From positions 2,546,471 through 2,610,470 of the forward strand of contig NC_068988.1 in assembly GCF_001194135.2 (NCBI RefSeq): DNA of 64,000 nucleotides. The letters are read 5' to 3'. Position numbers and translations under genes: made by a program. Shown one piece after another: positions 24,451-37,989 of the stretch. The notes under the pieces are model-generated. The model saw only the letters and a list, made by a program, of their open reading frames with translations, searched no databases and had not been told where the DNA came from. Source of the DNA: Octopus bimaculoides. Taxonomy: Eukaryota. The stretch's first letter is position 1, and each line of letters starts with the position of its first letter.

Positions 24451-26807
24451 CTTGATCTTAGGTGAAATATCACAGCAGAAATTTATTGTTTTTTTTAATA
24501 AGATTGTTTCTATGAACTTCACCCCAAAAGTATTATGTTGAAGTATTTCTAGAGAAAATGTGCTTGGTGTTTTTGTTTTTTATTCTCGTTGGATGTGGGT
24601 CATTTTCATAAGTTGAAGGTCTGCAGGATTGAGAACGATAAAAATAGGCTGAATATCCCTTGCACTCTTTCCCTCTGAAGACTTCTGTTTGCATATCATG
24701 ATAACTATACAATTCTATTACAACATAACTCCATATGATATCAAATATCACCAAAAATTGATATTGTGCTTTGTAGAATATACAACACTCAGGACATTAT
24801 TGAACTATTTACTATCACATGTGTCTATGTGTCTGTATGGTTTAGCCTGCCAAAGTACCGTCCCTCTTTCCCTCTTAAAGTTACGTTCACAGAAAGCTCT
24901 GAGCTGAGCTGTAAGCAGAGTTCAGTACAACCATTTTACACAGCATTAAAAATAGTTGAATTCGTTGATGAACCTTCTATTATTAATGCACCACAACTCA
25001 GTACAAACCACTGCACAGCAATAAGGTCTTACCACCATTTGACCTTTTACTATGGTGACTAGAATGGTTGTAGCACCGAGATGGCTGTGTACCACATGTC
25101 CATAGATTGCGCACCACTTCCACAGATTTTGTACCAGACATTCACAAGCTCACCTGATTCCTTTGTTCCTTCTTTTCTCTTCTCAGCTAATCCTAAACAT
25201 TGACTTTTATGCCAAAAACCATTCACCCTATAGAACAGGGACGGTTAAGATATTTGATAAGAAGAACCACATGTGATAACTATAGTTGCTAAGCCTATGT
25301 GCCCTCACCATAATCCTAGAAACACCATGCTGTTGATACACTCTGACAGGATGGTCAAAACTGTAATGACTTTGATCATAAGTCTACTTAAATCAGGGAT
25401 GAACTGGGGTTAAACAATAACAACAGCCTCATCAAATGGCCAAGGTGGCCTACATGGGTTATTCCTCATTTCCCCAGCTGACAGTAACTTGGTAGAATAT
25501 ACAATATGATTCTTTCATTCTTGGTCAATAAATTGAACCCTTATTGATTTGGAAAGCTGTGGCTCTCAAACACTTGATTATCTGTATTACAATGTAATCA
25601 GGAATTTGAGACTCTCAGCTTTTAGAATTTTTCCCTATTTAACCCTGAAGTGAAAGAATACATCTAAATTTTTTTAAAAATAAATTTGAAGAAAATGTTG
25701 CCTGTATTTTAGTTCGGAACACTTGTCTAGTGTGAACCATTTGATTTGACTTGGCATCAATGGAGGATTTAAACTGTCATGATATCACTCTCCCCTTGCA
25801 CGTAAACAGTATCTTTATTAACATCTACTGCCCTTCCTTAGAGCAGAATTTGCTTTATCACATTTATAAATCTCGTATTGACCAACCTCTGCTACCATAC
25901 TTTTATTTCATTAAGTGACAGGGAGCTTTGTAACAAGCATTAAGACTAACATCATATCATAACAACATTCCTTGAAATTAACCACCCCCAACAACAACAA
26001 CAGCAATAACAACAATGACAACAACGGCAGCAACAGCAACAACAGAATGAAAATAAAAGAAAATCTAGTTATTCCAATTCTTTTCAGCCTTTTCTTTGCA
26101 GTCTTTTCCATTTGAAGAACATGTCAACCATACAATTTGTCTGCTCATTCAGAAATTTTCAAAAGAAAATCTTTTTCATTCACTTCTCATCCAGAACCTC
26201 TTTCCAATTCTATCAGCTTGATAGCAGATGAATGCACATGCATTCATGCACATATACACTCAAGCATGTATGCACTGACATGCATACAATGTGTAAACAT
26301 ACACAAACATATATGCACTGAAATACCCACCGAGAGTGCATTACACACACACACACACACACACACACTCACCATCCATTGTTAATACATTTATATCAAC
26401 ACACATGTACACATGCACACACATACTACATCCACTTTGAATACATTCATATCAACATACACAGATGCACAGATGCACATACATATATGAATACTTACAG
26501 ACAGACCTACAAACTTAATTGTATATACTCTGTCAAACAGTATACACATACATATGCTACTACGTAAGCACACACTTTTATGTTCATATATATCAATTCA
26601 CCTGCATACACTCGCAAACTCTTTTACACACACACAAATGTGTACATATTCACTTGTATACAGAAATCTATACACTTATAGAAGTAAAAAAAAATACCTA
26701 AAATAAAATAGAGCTATAATTCGGGAATAATTGTATACAGAAATAAATGCACACAGACATTTCCAAACATGCTGACATTAATACATAAACCTAGATTTGC
26801 ATATTTC

Positions 26808-26854
<47 letters not shown>

Positions 26855-27659
26855 ATACTCACAAGCACAGATATTCCCATATATAGAGACAGAAATACAT
26901 TCTTAACCAATTGTAATCAGCTTCAATTTAGTTTCCTTTACTGTTTATCAGCTTTCATGAAACTGTAAAATAGCAAGAACAGTCTACATATGACTGGCAT
27001 CATTTTGACAGTTCTTATGGCTTCAATTACCAAATACTTTTAAGGAAAGCTTTCAAGTTAATGTAAAACAAGCAGTAACCATTTAGTAATGATTATAGGA
27101 CAAGAATGACAGAATTGAGTCAGCTGACTTAATGCCACACACTATTTCGTTTTCTTCTACTCTTATATTCTGAATTCAAACGTTATGGCAACCAACTTGG
27201 CTGTCTATCCTTCCGGAATCAATAATACAAATACCAGTGATATTCGTTGGTTTAGTCAGTGTACTACTAGTAAGTATGTTGAATGTAGTGGATGCAGCAT
27301 AGCTGAATGTTTAAAGCATTCACTTCACAATCATGGGGTCCCAAGTTCGGTCTTAGCATTTGGCTGGCATCGTTGTTCAGTTTGACCCAAGCATTGTGAG
27401 TGAAGTTAGATAAAAACTGTATGGAAGACTTTCAGACAGATTGTAACAGATTGTAACTCAGTATGTTATGATGATTTTACATGAAGATTATGTTAATGGC
27501 ACACATATCTATGGACTATTCAGCCACTTACATGTGCGGGTAATTAAGTTGATTAAATAACTGAATGCTCATCATTGCAGCTGGTGGAGATCCATAATTT
27601 ACCGTCATGTAATATACATTAATTGAACAGAATATAAAAGTCTTTAGATATATGATATA

Positions 27660-28230
27660 CAGTAGGTGAATATGAGGTGCAATTTGGTTTTGTTCCTGGA
27701 AGAGGTACCATTGATGTAATATTCCTTCTGAGGCAGCTGTAAGAGAAATACCTAGCTAAGAGTAAACTGCTATACCTCGCAGTTGTTGATTTGGAGAAAG
27801 CATTTGACAGGGTACCATGTTCAGTAATTTGGTGGCTCTGTGGAATCTAGAAATAGATGAATGGCTTATGCAGGCAGTTCAAGCAATGTACAAGAAAGTT
27901 GTAAGTAAAGTGAGAGTTGGCAATGACTTTAGTGAAGAATTTAACATGAATGTAGGAGTCAATCAAGCTTCAGTCCTCAGTCCTCTCCTATTCACTTATA
28001 GTCCTATGATCCATTACAGAGAAGCTTCAGACTGGCTGTCAATAAGAACTCTTGTAAGCTGGTGATCTAGTTCTCATAGATTAATCTATCGGGGCATTGG
28101 AGAAGAAATTCCAGAATTAGAGGTTAAACCTGAAATTGAGAGGCCCTAAGATAAACTTAGCAAAGACAAGGGTTTTAGTCAGTAGGGAAAAAGACAGACC
28201 CTGGCAGATTCAGGGAAAATGCCTTCTTTG
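27660..28230 (+). pseudogene. RTE-clade LINE reverse transcriptase fragment (decayed)
   Basis: Translates QFGFVPGRGTIDVIFLLRQL*EKYLAKSKLLYLAVVDLEKAFDRVP, then after a frameshift ...EWLMQAVQAMY...KVRVGNDFSEEFNMNVGVNQASVLSPLLF. These are classic RT motifs interrupted by stops and frameshifts. Confidence 0.9.
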
Positions 28231-29035
28231 TGTCATCTGTGTCATCCCTCATTCTTGTCCTTCCCCACCAATAACTGTACTATCTTCAGTCCACCTGCTT
28301 CTCACCCCCACTCTCACCCTTCTATCTCCCCCATGACTCCTTGCTCATCCACCCTTCAATCCTACCCCTTCCAGCAGTCTGCTTCTCACCCCCTTCCCCC
28401 ATCCCCTCATTCTCCTTTCTATACAATCATGCAAACTAATTCTTCAACTTATCTTGTGCCTCGTGGGGCCGCCTAGGCCATTGGCCATTGTCTATCCCTT
28501 GCAGCTCGTTTTCTCTTTCTTTCTCCTTCACCTGAGTAGCCATTTAGGTCCTCTTCACCTCCCTGTCTCCACCTTCACATCGTTCAATCCCTCGTCCACA
28601 AGCAAGAAGCTGACCCCCCCCCACACACACACAGGGGTCAAAACCCTGCAAGCTGGATGGTGACCTCACTAGTGCATATAATATATCTCCACTTATATAA
28701 ACTGAAAACTAAGGTGGGATGGCCATAAATGGGAAGCCTTGATCATCGGTCTGCTTGATCTGAGTTTACAGAAGAACTAAATTCCAACTCCATAATGAAA
28801 TGGAACAGTAAATTCTTCTATTTGTCTTGCAAATAAACTTACGTGTTCATATTAAAGTGTCCTGGTGTAGGATTCCGTATCAGAATTTCGGTTGTGTGTC
28901 CGTCCAGCAATGGTAAACACGGAACTGTCATTCCTCACAATCAACACAATCAATATTATTGGAGGGAAAAGAAATGGTTTTTAGATTAGAAGTAATAGCA
29001 GCAGAGAAAGTCATGACGTTAATGCTGTGTTGAGA

Positions 29036-29560
29036 TGGTGATGATGATGATGATGATGTTGGTGGTGGTAGTGGTAGTAGTGGTGATGATGGAGGTGGTG
29101 GTATTGGTTGTGGTGGTGGTGGTGATGGTGGCAGTGGTGGCAGGAGCAGCGGTGGTGGTGGTGGTGGTGGTGGTGGTGGTGTTATTGGTGGTGGTGTTAT
29201 TNNNNNNNNNNNNNNNNNNNNNNNNNNNNNNNNNNNNNNNNNNNNNNNNNNNNNNNNNNNNNNNNNNNNNNNNNNNNNNNNNNNNNNNNNNNNNNNNGGT
29301 GGCAATGATGGTGGGGGGGTGGCAATGATGGTGGGGGTAGTGGTGGTGGTGATAGTGGTCGTGGTGGCAATGATGGTGGGGGTGGTGATGGTGGTGGTGC
29401 ACCTACTGCTTGTGATTAGGATGTTGTTGTCAGGATCTAATAATGAAATTGGTGATGAAGTATATTGTTGTAGGTGGTGATGATGATGATGATAATGGTG
29501 GTGGTAGTGGTGGTGGTGGGGGTAGAGCAGGGTGGTTTTGGTTTTGTTGGTGATGGTTTT
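29036..29560. repeat. Degenerate (GAT/GGT)n trinucleotide array spanning an N-gap
   Basis: Directly visible. It is the source of the His/Thr/Pro-rich pseudo-ORFs. Confidence 0.9.
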
Positions 29561-30691
29561 ACTGATAAGAGTGGAGCTAACAATGATATTGATCAGGTTT
29601 AGAATCAAATAATCAACTTCTGATTTTGATGCTGATTTGATTCAGGAACCTAAACAATGCTAGAAATGCATGTCAACACTCAGTTCAGGATACATAATGA
29701 AGGTTTCTTTTCATCTTTTAGACTTTCCGCTTAAATGGAAATTTTAGCTTCAAGTGGGTTTTCTTTCATCACAATCTCTAAAACTGCTTGATTATCTCCC
29801 TTTATTTATTTATTTTTTGTTCATTGACATTCCAAGGTTCCCTCCCTTGTCCCGTTTAAGAGAATTTTCATAAGCACTGTTTCTTTTTTTTTTCATCAGT
29901 GTCAGGTGGAATGTCATATAATTCAATTTGTTTTCAGTATTAAGTATGTTAACATATATTTATCTAGAGATCCTTTGCAGAAGGTATCTTTGGGACATTT
30001 TCTAATGAATGAAAATGATTCCATAAAAGAAAACTTCGATTCACTTCAATTCTGTGTTGATACCAAGACCAAACTAGAGAATGCAAAGTACTTTCGCTTT
30101 TGTTTTCCTGTCACCTATTCAGGTTTACGGAAATACCTTAGTGCTTGACATCAACAGATTATTTTATCTTCAGATGATTTCCTGAAAGGACAGCCATTGT
30201 GTTGAATGTCAGAGAAGTTTTCTAACAAGTAGATTTGCATTGATTTCAACAAAGCAATGATGATGTTATCGAAAATTAATTTTGGTCTTGACCTTAAATC
30301 TTCCTGTCTATATTGAACTTACAACTTTCAATGACCTTCTTATAGACACATACAGTCTTCATTTCCTCATATCATGTCTATCAGTTCACCTTATTCTTTC
30401 AAACGAAACAAAATAAAGAAGAAAAAGAAAAAAATAACTGACATTTGTATATTTACGAAGAAAAATATCAGAAACATGACAAAAATTTGCTAGTATCGTG
30501 TTTGTTTTCAGCTGTAATTGCCCAACCTTATTACAAATCTCCTGATAGTTGATATTTGGTGTCGTTTAGATTTGTAGAAGTTGCCTGTCTGTCATTTTAA
30601 AGACATGAAGAGGCTGTCTTGTTGAAACCTGTCACACAAACTAAAAGAGCAGGTAACATGACAGCTTAGCAAAGACAGATCTAGCTAAAAG

Positions 30692-30918
30692 TCATCAGCA
30701 TCATCATCGTCATCATCATTGTCATCATTGTCATCATTGTCATCATCGTCATCGGCATCATTATCATTACTGTCGTTGTTGTCCTTGTCATTGTCATCAT
30801 TATCATCATCATCATCATTGTCATTGTCATCACCGTTGTTGTTGTCATAATTATCATCCTAATCATTATCATCCTCCTCCTCCTTCTCCTCTTCCTCCTC
30901 CTCATCATCATCATAATA
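30692..30918. repeat. Degenerate (CAT/TGT/CCT)n array
   Basis: Directly visible. Confidence 0.9.
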
Positions 30919-31439
30919 CATTTGTTGTTTTATGTTTGTTTGGTTTGGATGTCTTTCACAGTATCTCACCACTTCTCTTAGTCTTTCTATGTTTGGCAAA
31001 GACAGCAACAGAGACAACCAGCTTTAAGATGATGATGATGATGATGATGACAGTGGTGGTGTGGCAGTGATGACGATGGTGGTGGTGGCTGGGTGGCTGG
31101 CAAGATCTAAGAAAAGATGGTTGCATTGAAATTTCCTTTCTGAGAACTGAACCTAGTTAGAGGTGTTCAATACAAGATGAGAGATATTCAAATGGCTGAT
31201 AATGATTGGAAGGGGTTTAGGGAGCCGTACAGACAGAAGGGGACTTTGAATTATAAGGAAATAAAGTATTGAAGCTGAAGTGAGTGGGAATTATTCTTGC
31301 TGGAATTAAGCAAGGTGTTAGGGGTTGATAATCCATGTATAGACAAACACAATTGTTTCTGTTATCTGGAAACCCCAGATTAAGCAGCAAAATCTTCCTT
31401 TAATCCCATCAAATCTTCTTCAAATACCTCCTTGCTATT

Positions 31440-31653
31440 CTTTTATTCTTTTCTTTTACTCTTTTACTTGTTTCAGTCATTTGATGACTGCGGCCATGCT
31501 GGAGCACCACCTTTAGTCGAACAAATCAACAGCAGGACTTATTCTTTGTAAGCCTAGTACTTATTCTATAGGTCTCTTTTGCCGAACTGCCAAGTTATGG
31601 GGACGTAAACACACCAACATCGGTTGTCAAGTGATGGTGGTGGGACAAACACA

Positions 31654-31687
<34 letters not shown>
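31440..31687 (+). mobile_element. SINE-like repeat, family C, ending in (CA)n
   Basis: Homologous to 10495-10720. Confidence 0.75.
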
Positions 31688-31690
<3 letters not shown>

Positions 31691-31837
31691 CAGTTTCCAT
31701 CTGCTAAATCCACTCAGAAAGCTTTGGTCAGTCCAAGGCTACAGTAGAAGACACTTGCTAAAAGTGTCAAGCAGTGGAACTGAACCACAGACCATGTGGT
31801 TGGAAAGCAAACTTCTTAGCACACAGCCATCCCTGCT
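31688..31837 (-). mobile_element. tRNA-derived SINE, family A
   Basis: Reverse complement homologous to 43537-43698. Confidence 0.75.
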
Positions 31838-32051
31838 CATGGGTGCAGTGTTTTTGACATAGAGTCTGGAACAAAACTAAACAACAATGAAAACTACGTA
31901 TAGTTTTGAAAGAAAATTAGAATTTGGAGCGGACCCTAGACAGTAAAGATGAGACCAGAACAGGGATTCCTTAGCAGCATTATAGAACCCCAGGGTAAAC
32001 CAATTCACTGACTCCTATAGTAATCATTTATGAAGAGCAAGCTACAGCATA

Positions 32052-32287
32052 CATAGATTGGAATTGGGTCCCTAGACCTATAACACGCCTGGGACACTGC
32101 CCAGCACAACCATAGATTGAGATTAGGTCCCTAGACCCATAAGGTTCTTGGGACACTGCCTAGCGTGAGCATAGATTGAGATCAAGTCCCTAGATCCATA
32201 AGGCTCCTGGGGCACTGCCCAGCACAACCATAGATTGGGATTTGGTCCCTAGACCCATAGAGCTCCTGGGACACTGCCCAATGTGAC
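32052..32287. repeat. 59-bp minisatellite, 4 copies
   Basis: Units start CATAGATT at 32052, 32111, 32170 and 32229 (next CAT at 32288), with consensus CATAGATTG.GATT.GGTCCCTAGACCCATAAGGCTCCTGGGACACTGCCCAGC. Confidence 0.95.
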
Positions 32288-34802
32288 CATGTCTTAAGAA
32301 GGCCTTGAATTAAGTCTTTAGCTTTCAGATTATTGAGTCAAATCTATTGATCATTTATTTCCATTGCTTTTAATTAATCAGGCTTCATGCATTATCTTGT
32401 AGCTTTGAGATTTAGATGATGTGATTGTTTATTTTTAGAATGACATTGTAGGATAGGTGTGAGAAGCCAGATCGAGCCAATTTGAATATAACACAGGTAG
32501 AATATTTTGACCAGATACGGCCAGTGTAAATACAAAAGGGTTGATTATACAGTGTGTCTTGTGCAGGTTTGTGCAGCAAACAGCGTTTTTTTCCTGCAGT
32601 GTTTCCTGTCATACACTTTCCTTGCACATTTTCATCGTCTATTGACAGCTTTCAGTTTAGAAATGGAAGACTATGAAATATTTACGTGTTGTACTTAGGA
32701 AAATAATTCAATAAGAAATAATTGGAATTAATAAAACAAACCAATTTTGTTTTATTAATCTAGTTTTTCATAGCTTGTTGTGGTTGTTGAATCCTTTTGC
32801 TATGGAGTAAAGTATCTTATAAATATTGCTGTTTTTTTTTTCTTTTCTCAGATATTTATAACTCTTCCTCCTGTCTCTTTCTCACTTATGCCTTATTTTT
32901 TATATTTTCCCAAACAGAGAGAAAAATAATCACAACTCTCTCTGATAAGACATGTTAAATTGCTAAAGTTCTTTGTTTTGCAACTTGGTGAGATAGTTGT
33001 TATTATTCTGACCCAATTCCTTACAAGACATTTCATTTTGCTTTTAATTTAGATTACCAGAATCTTCTATTTCAATTATTTTTCTTTTCTTCCTTAGGCT
33101 GGCTTGTTATTGATGAGTTTTCAATCAATCATAGTTTTGAATATCATGACAATATTCTGATAGTAATGACACTGTCTAGCCTTTGTTGTAGAAACACATG
33201 GCAATATCCTATGCTGTTTCCTTTTGTTTTGATAAACCATATTTTTACTAATCTCTATTGATCAAGTAATATGGCAAGATAACATTGAACCAAGATGGAA
33301 CACCTTGCTATATTCTACATTAGCAGAATCCCTTACCTGTTACCATCACTTGGTTGATAGATTATCTTATAGAGATAAAATAGTAGAAGTGAAATGCTAA
33401 AAATAGTTTATTTATATTAATTATATTAATTATATTAATTATATTAGTAATATTATCTATATTAATTGCTGGTAGGGACACAGTGTTTCATTTTGCAACC
33501 ATAATAATTCACTACCAAGCATTTGTGGATGGTAAATGTGTTGGATGTGGAACTGAAGAAAGTGCAAGAACTCCTGAAATATGTATATACAACCATCACC
33601 TATCTTTCTATCTTCGATCATAATGTTTATATAGACGTATTTGTATATGAAACATTGTAACTTTAGGTACTGGCTCTGATTTTTATAGAAAATCTAGAGA
33701 TAAATGTAAAAAAAATTATTTCTAATACATTATTTAAGGAGACGGAATGGTAGACATTTACTATGCAATGTAATTGGAAATGTGATTGCCCAGCAAGAGA
33801 TAGATTTTTGGTTGCCGTTTGTTAGTCATCTGTGAGCATGATGTGCTTTTCTGTTTAAAATTGCAACTTATCATGTTTAATATGAAGTAAGATAATTTCC
33901 AAGATGAAGAGATTTAGCTGAGCACTTGTCATCTGCCAGTAACTTACCAAGTTCTTGGTGTTAATTCAATATTTCTGTTTATATAGTTTTAGCACCACAT
34001 TGTCTGGGAAATGTCCTATAGAAATCACCTGAAGTTTTCTTCAGATCATCAGAATTGCAGCAAAATCATATATTCTATCATTTCAGTCTCTCAGTATGCT
34101 ACAATTATTGTTTAAGTATTATGAAAATAAAATGCAGAGACAATCCAGGAAACCATTAATAAAAAATAATACATCTCTTCTAGAAAGTATTTTGAAAATT
34201 TGTCATATGAAGTATGCACAAATTTCTTTACTTCTTATCATGAACGAAGTTGGTAATTTAAATTCATGTTTTTATAACAGTTGGAAAATAAAGAACAAGA
34301 TGATTAATTTACTTTCTATGCAATGTAAAACCTATTTCACAGCAAGGAAGGTTCCTTTTTGCGAAGACAGAAACAAGCAAAATAAAAAACAAACAATGCC
34401 AAGACAGATTTTACTGCAAAGAATAAAAATCTCTTTAAAGGTTTGCTAAAATGTATCTTATCAATGTTACTACTTATCATTTGTTAATAATATAACTTTT
34501 AGAATCTTTAAACATCTCTAGGCACTGTCTGCAAACCGTTAGCTTACAACAACACCTAGAATCATTAAAAGAATTTCTACTTACTAAATAACTCAATGGA
34601 ATATAATGTTGCATAATCTTTAAAAACAATTCTTGATTACAATTCATCGACAACAATTTTAATGAGGGATTATAAAAGAAAATGTCAATTATATATCACC
34701 AGTGCCAGAAACAGTGACAATGGTCAGGAGGATCAAAACCAATTCCTTTTAATTCTATCCATAATTTCATTTTCAGAAACAAACTAAAACAATATTTCTC
34801 TT

Positions 34803-35015
34803 AATCCTGTCTACTATAGGCACAAGGCCTAAAATTTGGTGGGGGCTAGTCGATTAGATTGACCCTAGTGCACAACTGGTACTTAATTTATCGATCCCAA
34901 GAGTACGAAAGGAAAAGTCAACCTTGGAGGAATTTGAACTCAGAACATGAGCAGCAGACAAGATACTGCTAAGTATTTTGTCTGGTATGTAACGACTTTG
35001 TCAGCTCGCAGCCTT
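34803..35015 (-). mobile_element. tRNA-derived SINE, family B
   Basis: Reverse-complement homology to 16190-16400 and 51334-51482. Confidence 0.8.
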
Positions 35016-35121
35016 CTATATTTCGCTTAACCAATGGTACATAATTTATTTAGATGTATCCAGGCCATAAAAAATATGACAGACAATTATTGTAATCAAT
35101 TTGTTTGGATTAATCATTCTA

Positions 35122-35680
35122 CAAGGGTGAGTCAAAAAAAAGTAATGCCATTTTGCTTAGGACAGGTATAATTACCAACACAGGAACATGTATCATTCCC
35201 CAAAATGAAGCTGGTCCTCTGTGGATCACATCCCTACTTCTCAACATAGTCACCATATCTCTCAATAGCAATGTTCCACCTTCGAATGAGAGCATGTATT
35301 CCTGCCCCATAAAATTCTGTTGACTGTTCTTTGAACCATTTCTTCACTACAGTTTTCACTTCCTCGTCACTGGAATAGCGTTTGCTTCTCAAACCCTCTT
35401 TCATGGTGTCGAAGAGATGATAGTCTGAAGGCGCTAAATCTAGTGAGTGTAGAGGTAGTGAAGAAGTGGCTCAAAGAACAGTCAACAGAGTTTTACGGGG
35501 CAGGGATACATGCTCTCATTCGAAGGTGGAACATTGCTATTGAGAGAAACGGTGACTATGTTGAGAAGTAGGGATGTGGTCCACAGAGGACCAGCTTCAT
35601 TTTGATGTATGACACATGTTCCTGTGTTGGTAATTATACCTGTCCTAAACAAAATGGCATTACTTTTTGACTCGCCCTCG
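35122..35680. mobile_element. Non-autonomous mariner-derived foldback element with TA target duplication
   Basis: TA|CAAGGGTGAGTCAAAAA..GTAATGCCATTTTG ... CAAAATGGCATTACTTTTTGACTCGCCCTCG|TA. The ~225-bp inverted arms (35122-35350 and 35455-35680) are both the transposase 3' end plus the TIR. Confidence 0.92.
35234..35455 (-). pseudogene. Mariner (DD34D family) transposase C-terminal fragment
   Basis: Translates PLHSLDLAPSDYHLFDTMKEGLRSKRYSSDEEVKTVVKKWFKEQSTEFYGAGIHALIRRWNIAIERYGDYVEK*, matching the mariner YSPDLAPSDYHLF motif and C-terminus. Confidence 0.9.
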
Positions 35681-36063
35681 TATTTATGAAAACAACTTTT
35701 TGCCTAATTTTTAAAAACTGGGATCAGATTTTTTAACCAGTAATTGCTATCTCACATAATGGTGAAACATTTTAATCAATGGAGAAAGTATAAAAACGAA
35801 GTAATTTCGATTCATTTTCTTTTATTTATCTAAAAGTTTAAGTTATGCTTAGTTTAAGTTATGATGGTGAAAAAGAATCTGCTTGTTGAAACGGCGCAAA
35901 AGAAATTACAATTCTTTGTTTAACAAAGAAAAAGAAAATTGATTAAATGATGCAAGTATTACATGCAAAGCTACACACACACACAGATTATATACACAAA
36001 GAATCTAGGGTTGTGTGTATGTGTATACATATATATGCAAGTACATATATGTTTGTATATATA

Positions 36064-36159
36064 TCATCATCATCGTTTAACGTCCGCTTTCCATGCTAGC
36101 ATGGGTTGGACGATTTGACTGAGGACTGGTGAAACCGGATGGCAACACCAGGCTCCAGT
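36064..36159 (-). mobile_element. 5'-truncated young copy of repeat family D
   Basis: The reverse complement matches 19110-19205 with 1 mismatch in 96 nt. Embedded in (AT)n sequence. Confidence 0.9.
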
Positions 36160-36762
36160 ATATATGTGTGTGGATGTGTGTACACACACACACACATAAA
36201 CAGAGACAGACATAATTAGAAGACCATCAGACAAAAATGCCTTAGAGTATTTTATATATGTAATTATATTTTAATAATTCTTCCCTGCAGCCAAAATGTC
36301 TTTTTTTTTTACAAAACTATTTACTGTTTTGGCAGGTTTGCTCTTCAAATATTGTCTAACGCTTTTTATACACCACGTAGTTTATTGTTNNNNNNNNNNN
36401 NNNNNNNNNNNNNNNNNNNNNNNNNNNNNNNNNNNNNNNNNNNNNNNNNNNNNNNNNNNNNNNNNNNNNNNNNNNNNNNNNNNNNNNNNNNNNNNNNNNN
36501 NNNNNNNNNNNNNNNNNNNNNNNNNNNNNNNNNNNNNNNNNNNNNNNNNNNNNNNNNNNNNNNNNNNNNNNNNNNNNNNNNNNNNNNNNNNNNNNNNNNN
36601 NNNNNNNNNNNNNNNNNNNNNNNNNNNNNNNNNNNNNNNNNNNNNNNNNNNNNNNNNNNNNNNNNNNNNNNNNNNNNNNNNNNNNNNNNNNNNNNNNNNN
36701 NNNNNNNNNNNNNNNNNNNNNNNNNNNNNNNNNNNNNNNNNNNNNNNNNNNNNNNNNNNNNN

Positions 36763-36823
<61 letters not shown>

Positions 36824-37190
36824 ATGTATATATATAGTACGTAGATAGATTTACAATTCAAGCTGTGTCCTTATGAAACACATCACCATATTCCAGTATT
36901 CCTAAGTATATTTTCTAAGAGAGTTGGAAATACTGCAGAATACTGCAAAATATTGGTAAATACTTTTTGCAGAGTAATTACATATCAAGTCATGACTGGA
37001 AAATTTTTGACATCATTTATTCCCCATTACATATGTTTCACTTCTAATAGGAGTTACATAGGTAATTCCTGCTAGTAACGAAGCATCTATGATGGAGAAT
37101 AAATAATTTTCAAAAATTTTCCATTCATATGTTTTCATACAAATATATCTTCATCTATCTATCTGTCTGTCTGTCTGTCCGCCTGCCTGC

Positions 37191-37230
<40 letters not shown>

Positions 37231-37239
37231 ATATGTATA

Positions 37240-37290
<51 letters not shown>

Positions 37291-37989
37291 ATATATATAT
37301 ATATATACATTCTTTTGCATTCTTATTAGATAAAACTTACGTTATATTATTTTTAAAATATATTTTCCTCATCTAAATATTAATTTGAATAATTTTGTTT
37401 ATTTATTTTACACTGTTTGAGTACTTATAGTGAAAACTGAAGTCCAGTAAAGTGAGGGTGAGAGATGATATTTCTGGTATTAGAACATCGTATTGTTGTA
37501 TACATTGTTAATTCACTCATAGGAAACATAAAACTTTCAAATGAATGAAAGCATCATAAAATCTGATATTAAACTACCTTATAATAATTTACCAGTTGAT
37601 TTACATTTTATTTCATCTTCCAACCGAGCCTTAACCAGAAACCTAAGGCACGTATATATTAGATGGCGAGAAACTTCTTGAGAACGTGGGTGGTTGATGT
37701 TAACACAATTTTTTGATTGTGATTATTGTTACTGATGAGTGCATGCCATCAAAGTGACCCTGGGGTAGAATATATGAAGCCCAGTATACCCAACATGACT
37801 ACCCATCTGATAAAAGGTACAGCAGGCATATGCATCACGACCATATGTGTGTGACATGGTAATCTTATACCAAGATAAATAGCACATGACCTTGCAGGTG
37901 GGGCCTAGTTAGAATTCAATATCGTGAGGTTGTTGATTAAAGATATTGTGTCTACCCGGGGTTTGTATTGTTTGTCAAGTCACAACAAG

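Noticed and set aside
28928-29608. 226-aa His/Thr/Pro-rich ORF (mucin-like appearance)
   Set aside because: It lies on a degenerate GGT/GAT array, spans an N-gap and has open frames on both strands.
32052-32287. CRISPR-like appearance of the regular repeat
   Set aside because: The units are contiguous with no unique spacers, the context is eukaryotic and there are no cas genes.
36118-36140. CTGAGGA-CTGGT-GAAA-CCGG in family D copies (also 19128-19150 minus) resembling a hammerhead core
   Set aside because: No helix II pairing, A instead of U at position 16.1, no helix I, and not conserved in other family D copies.
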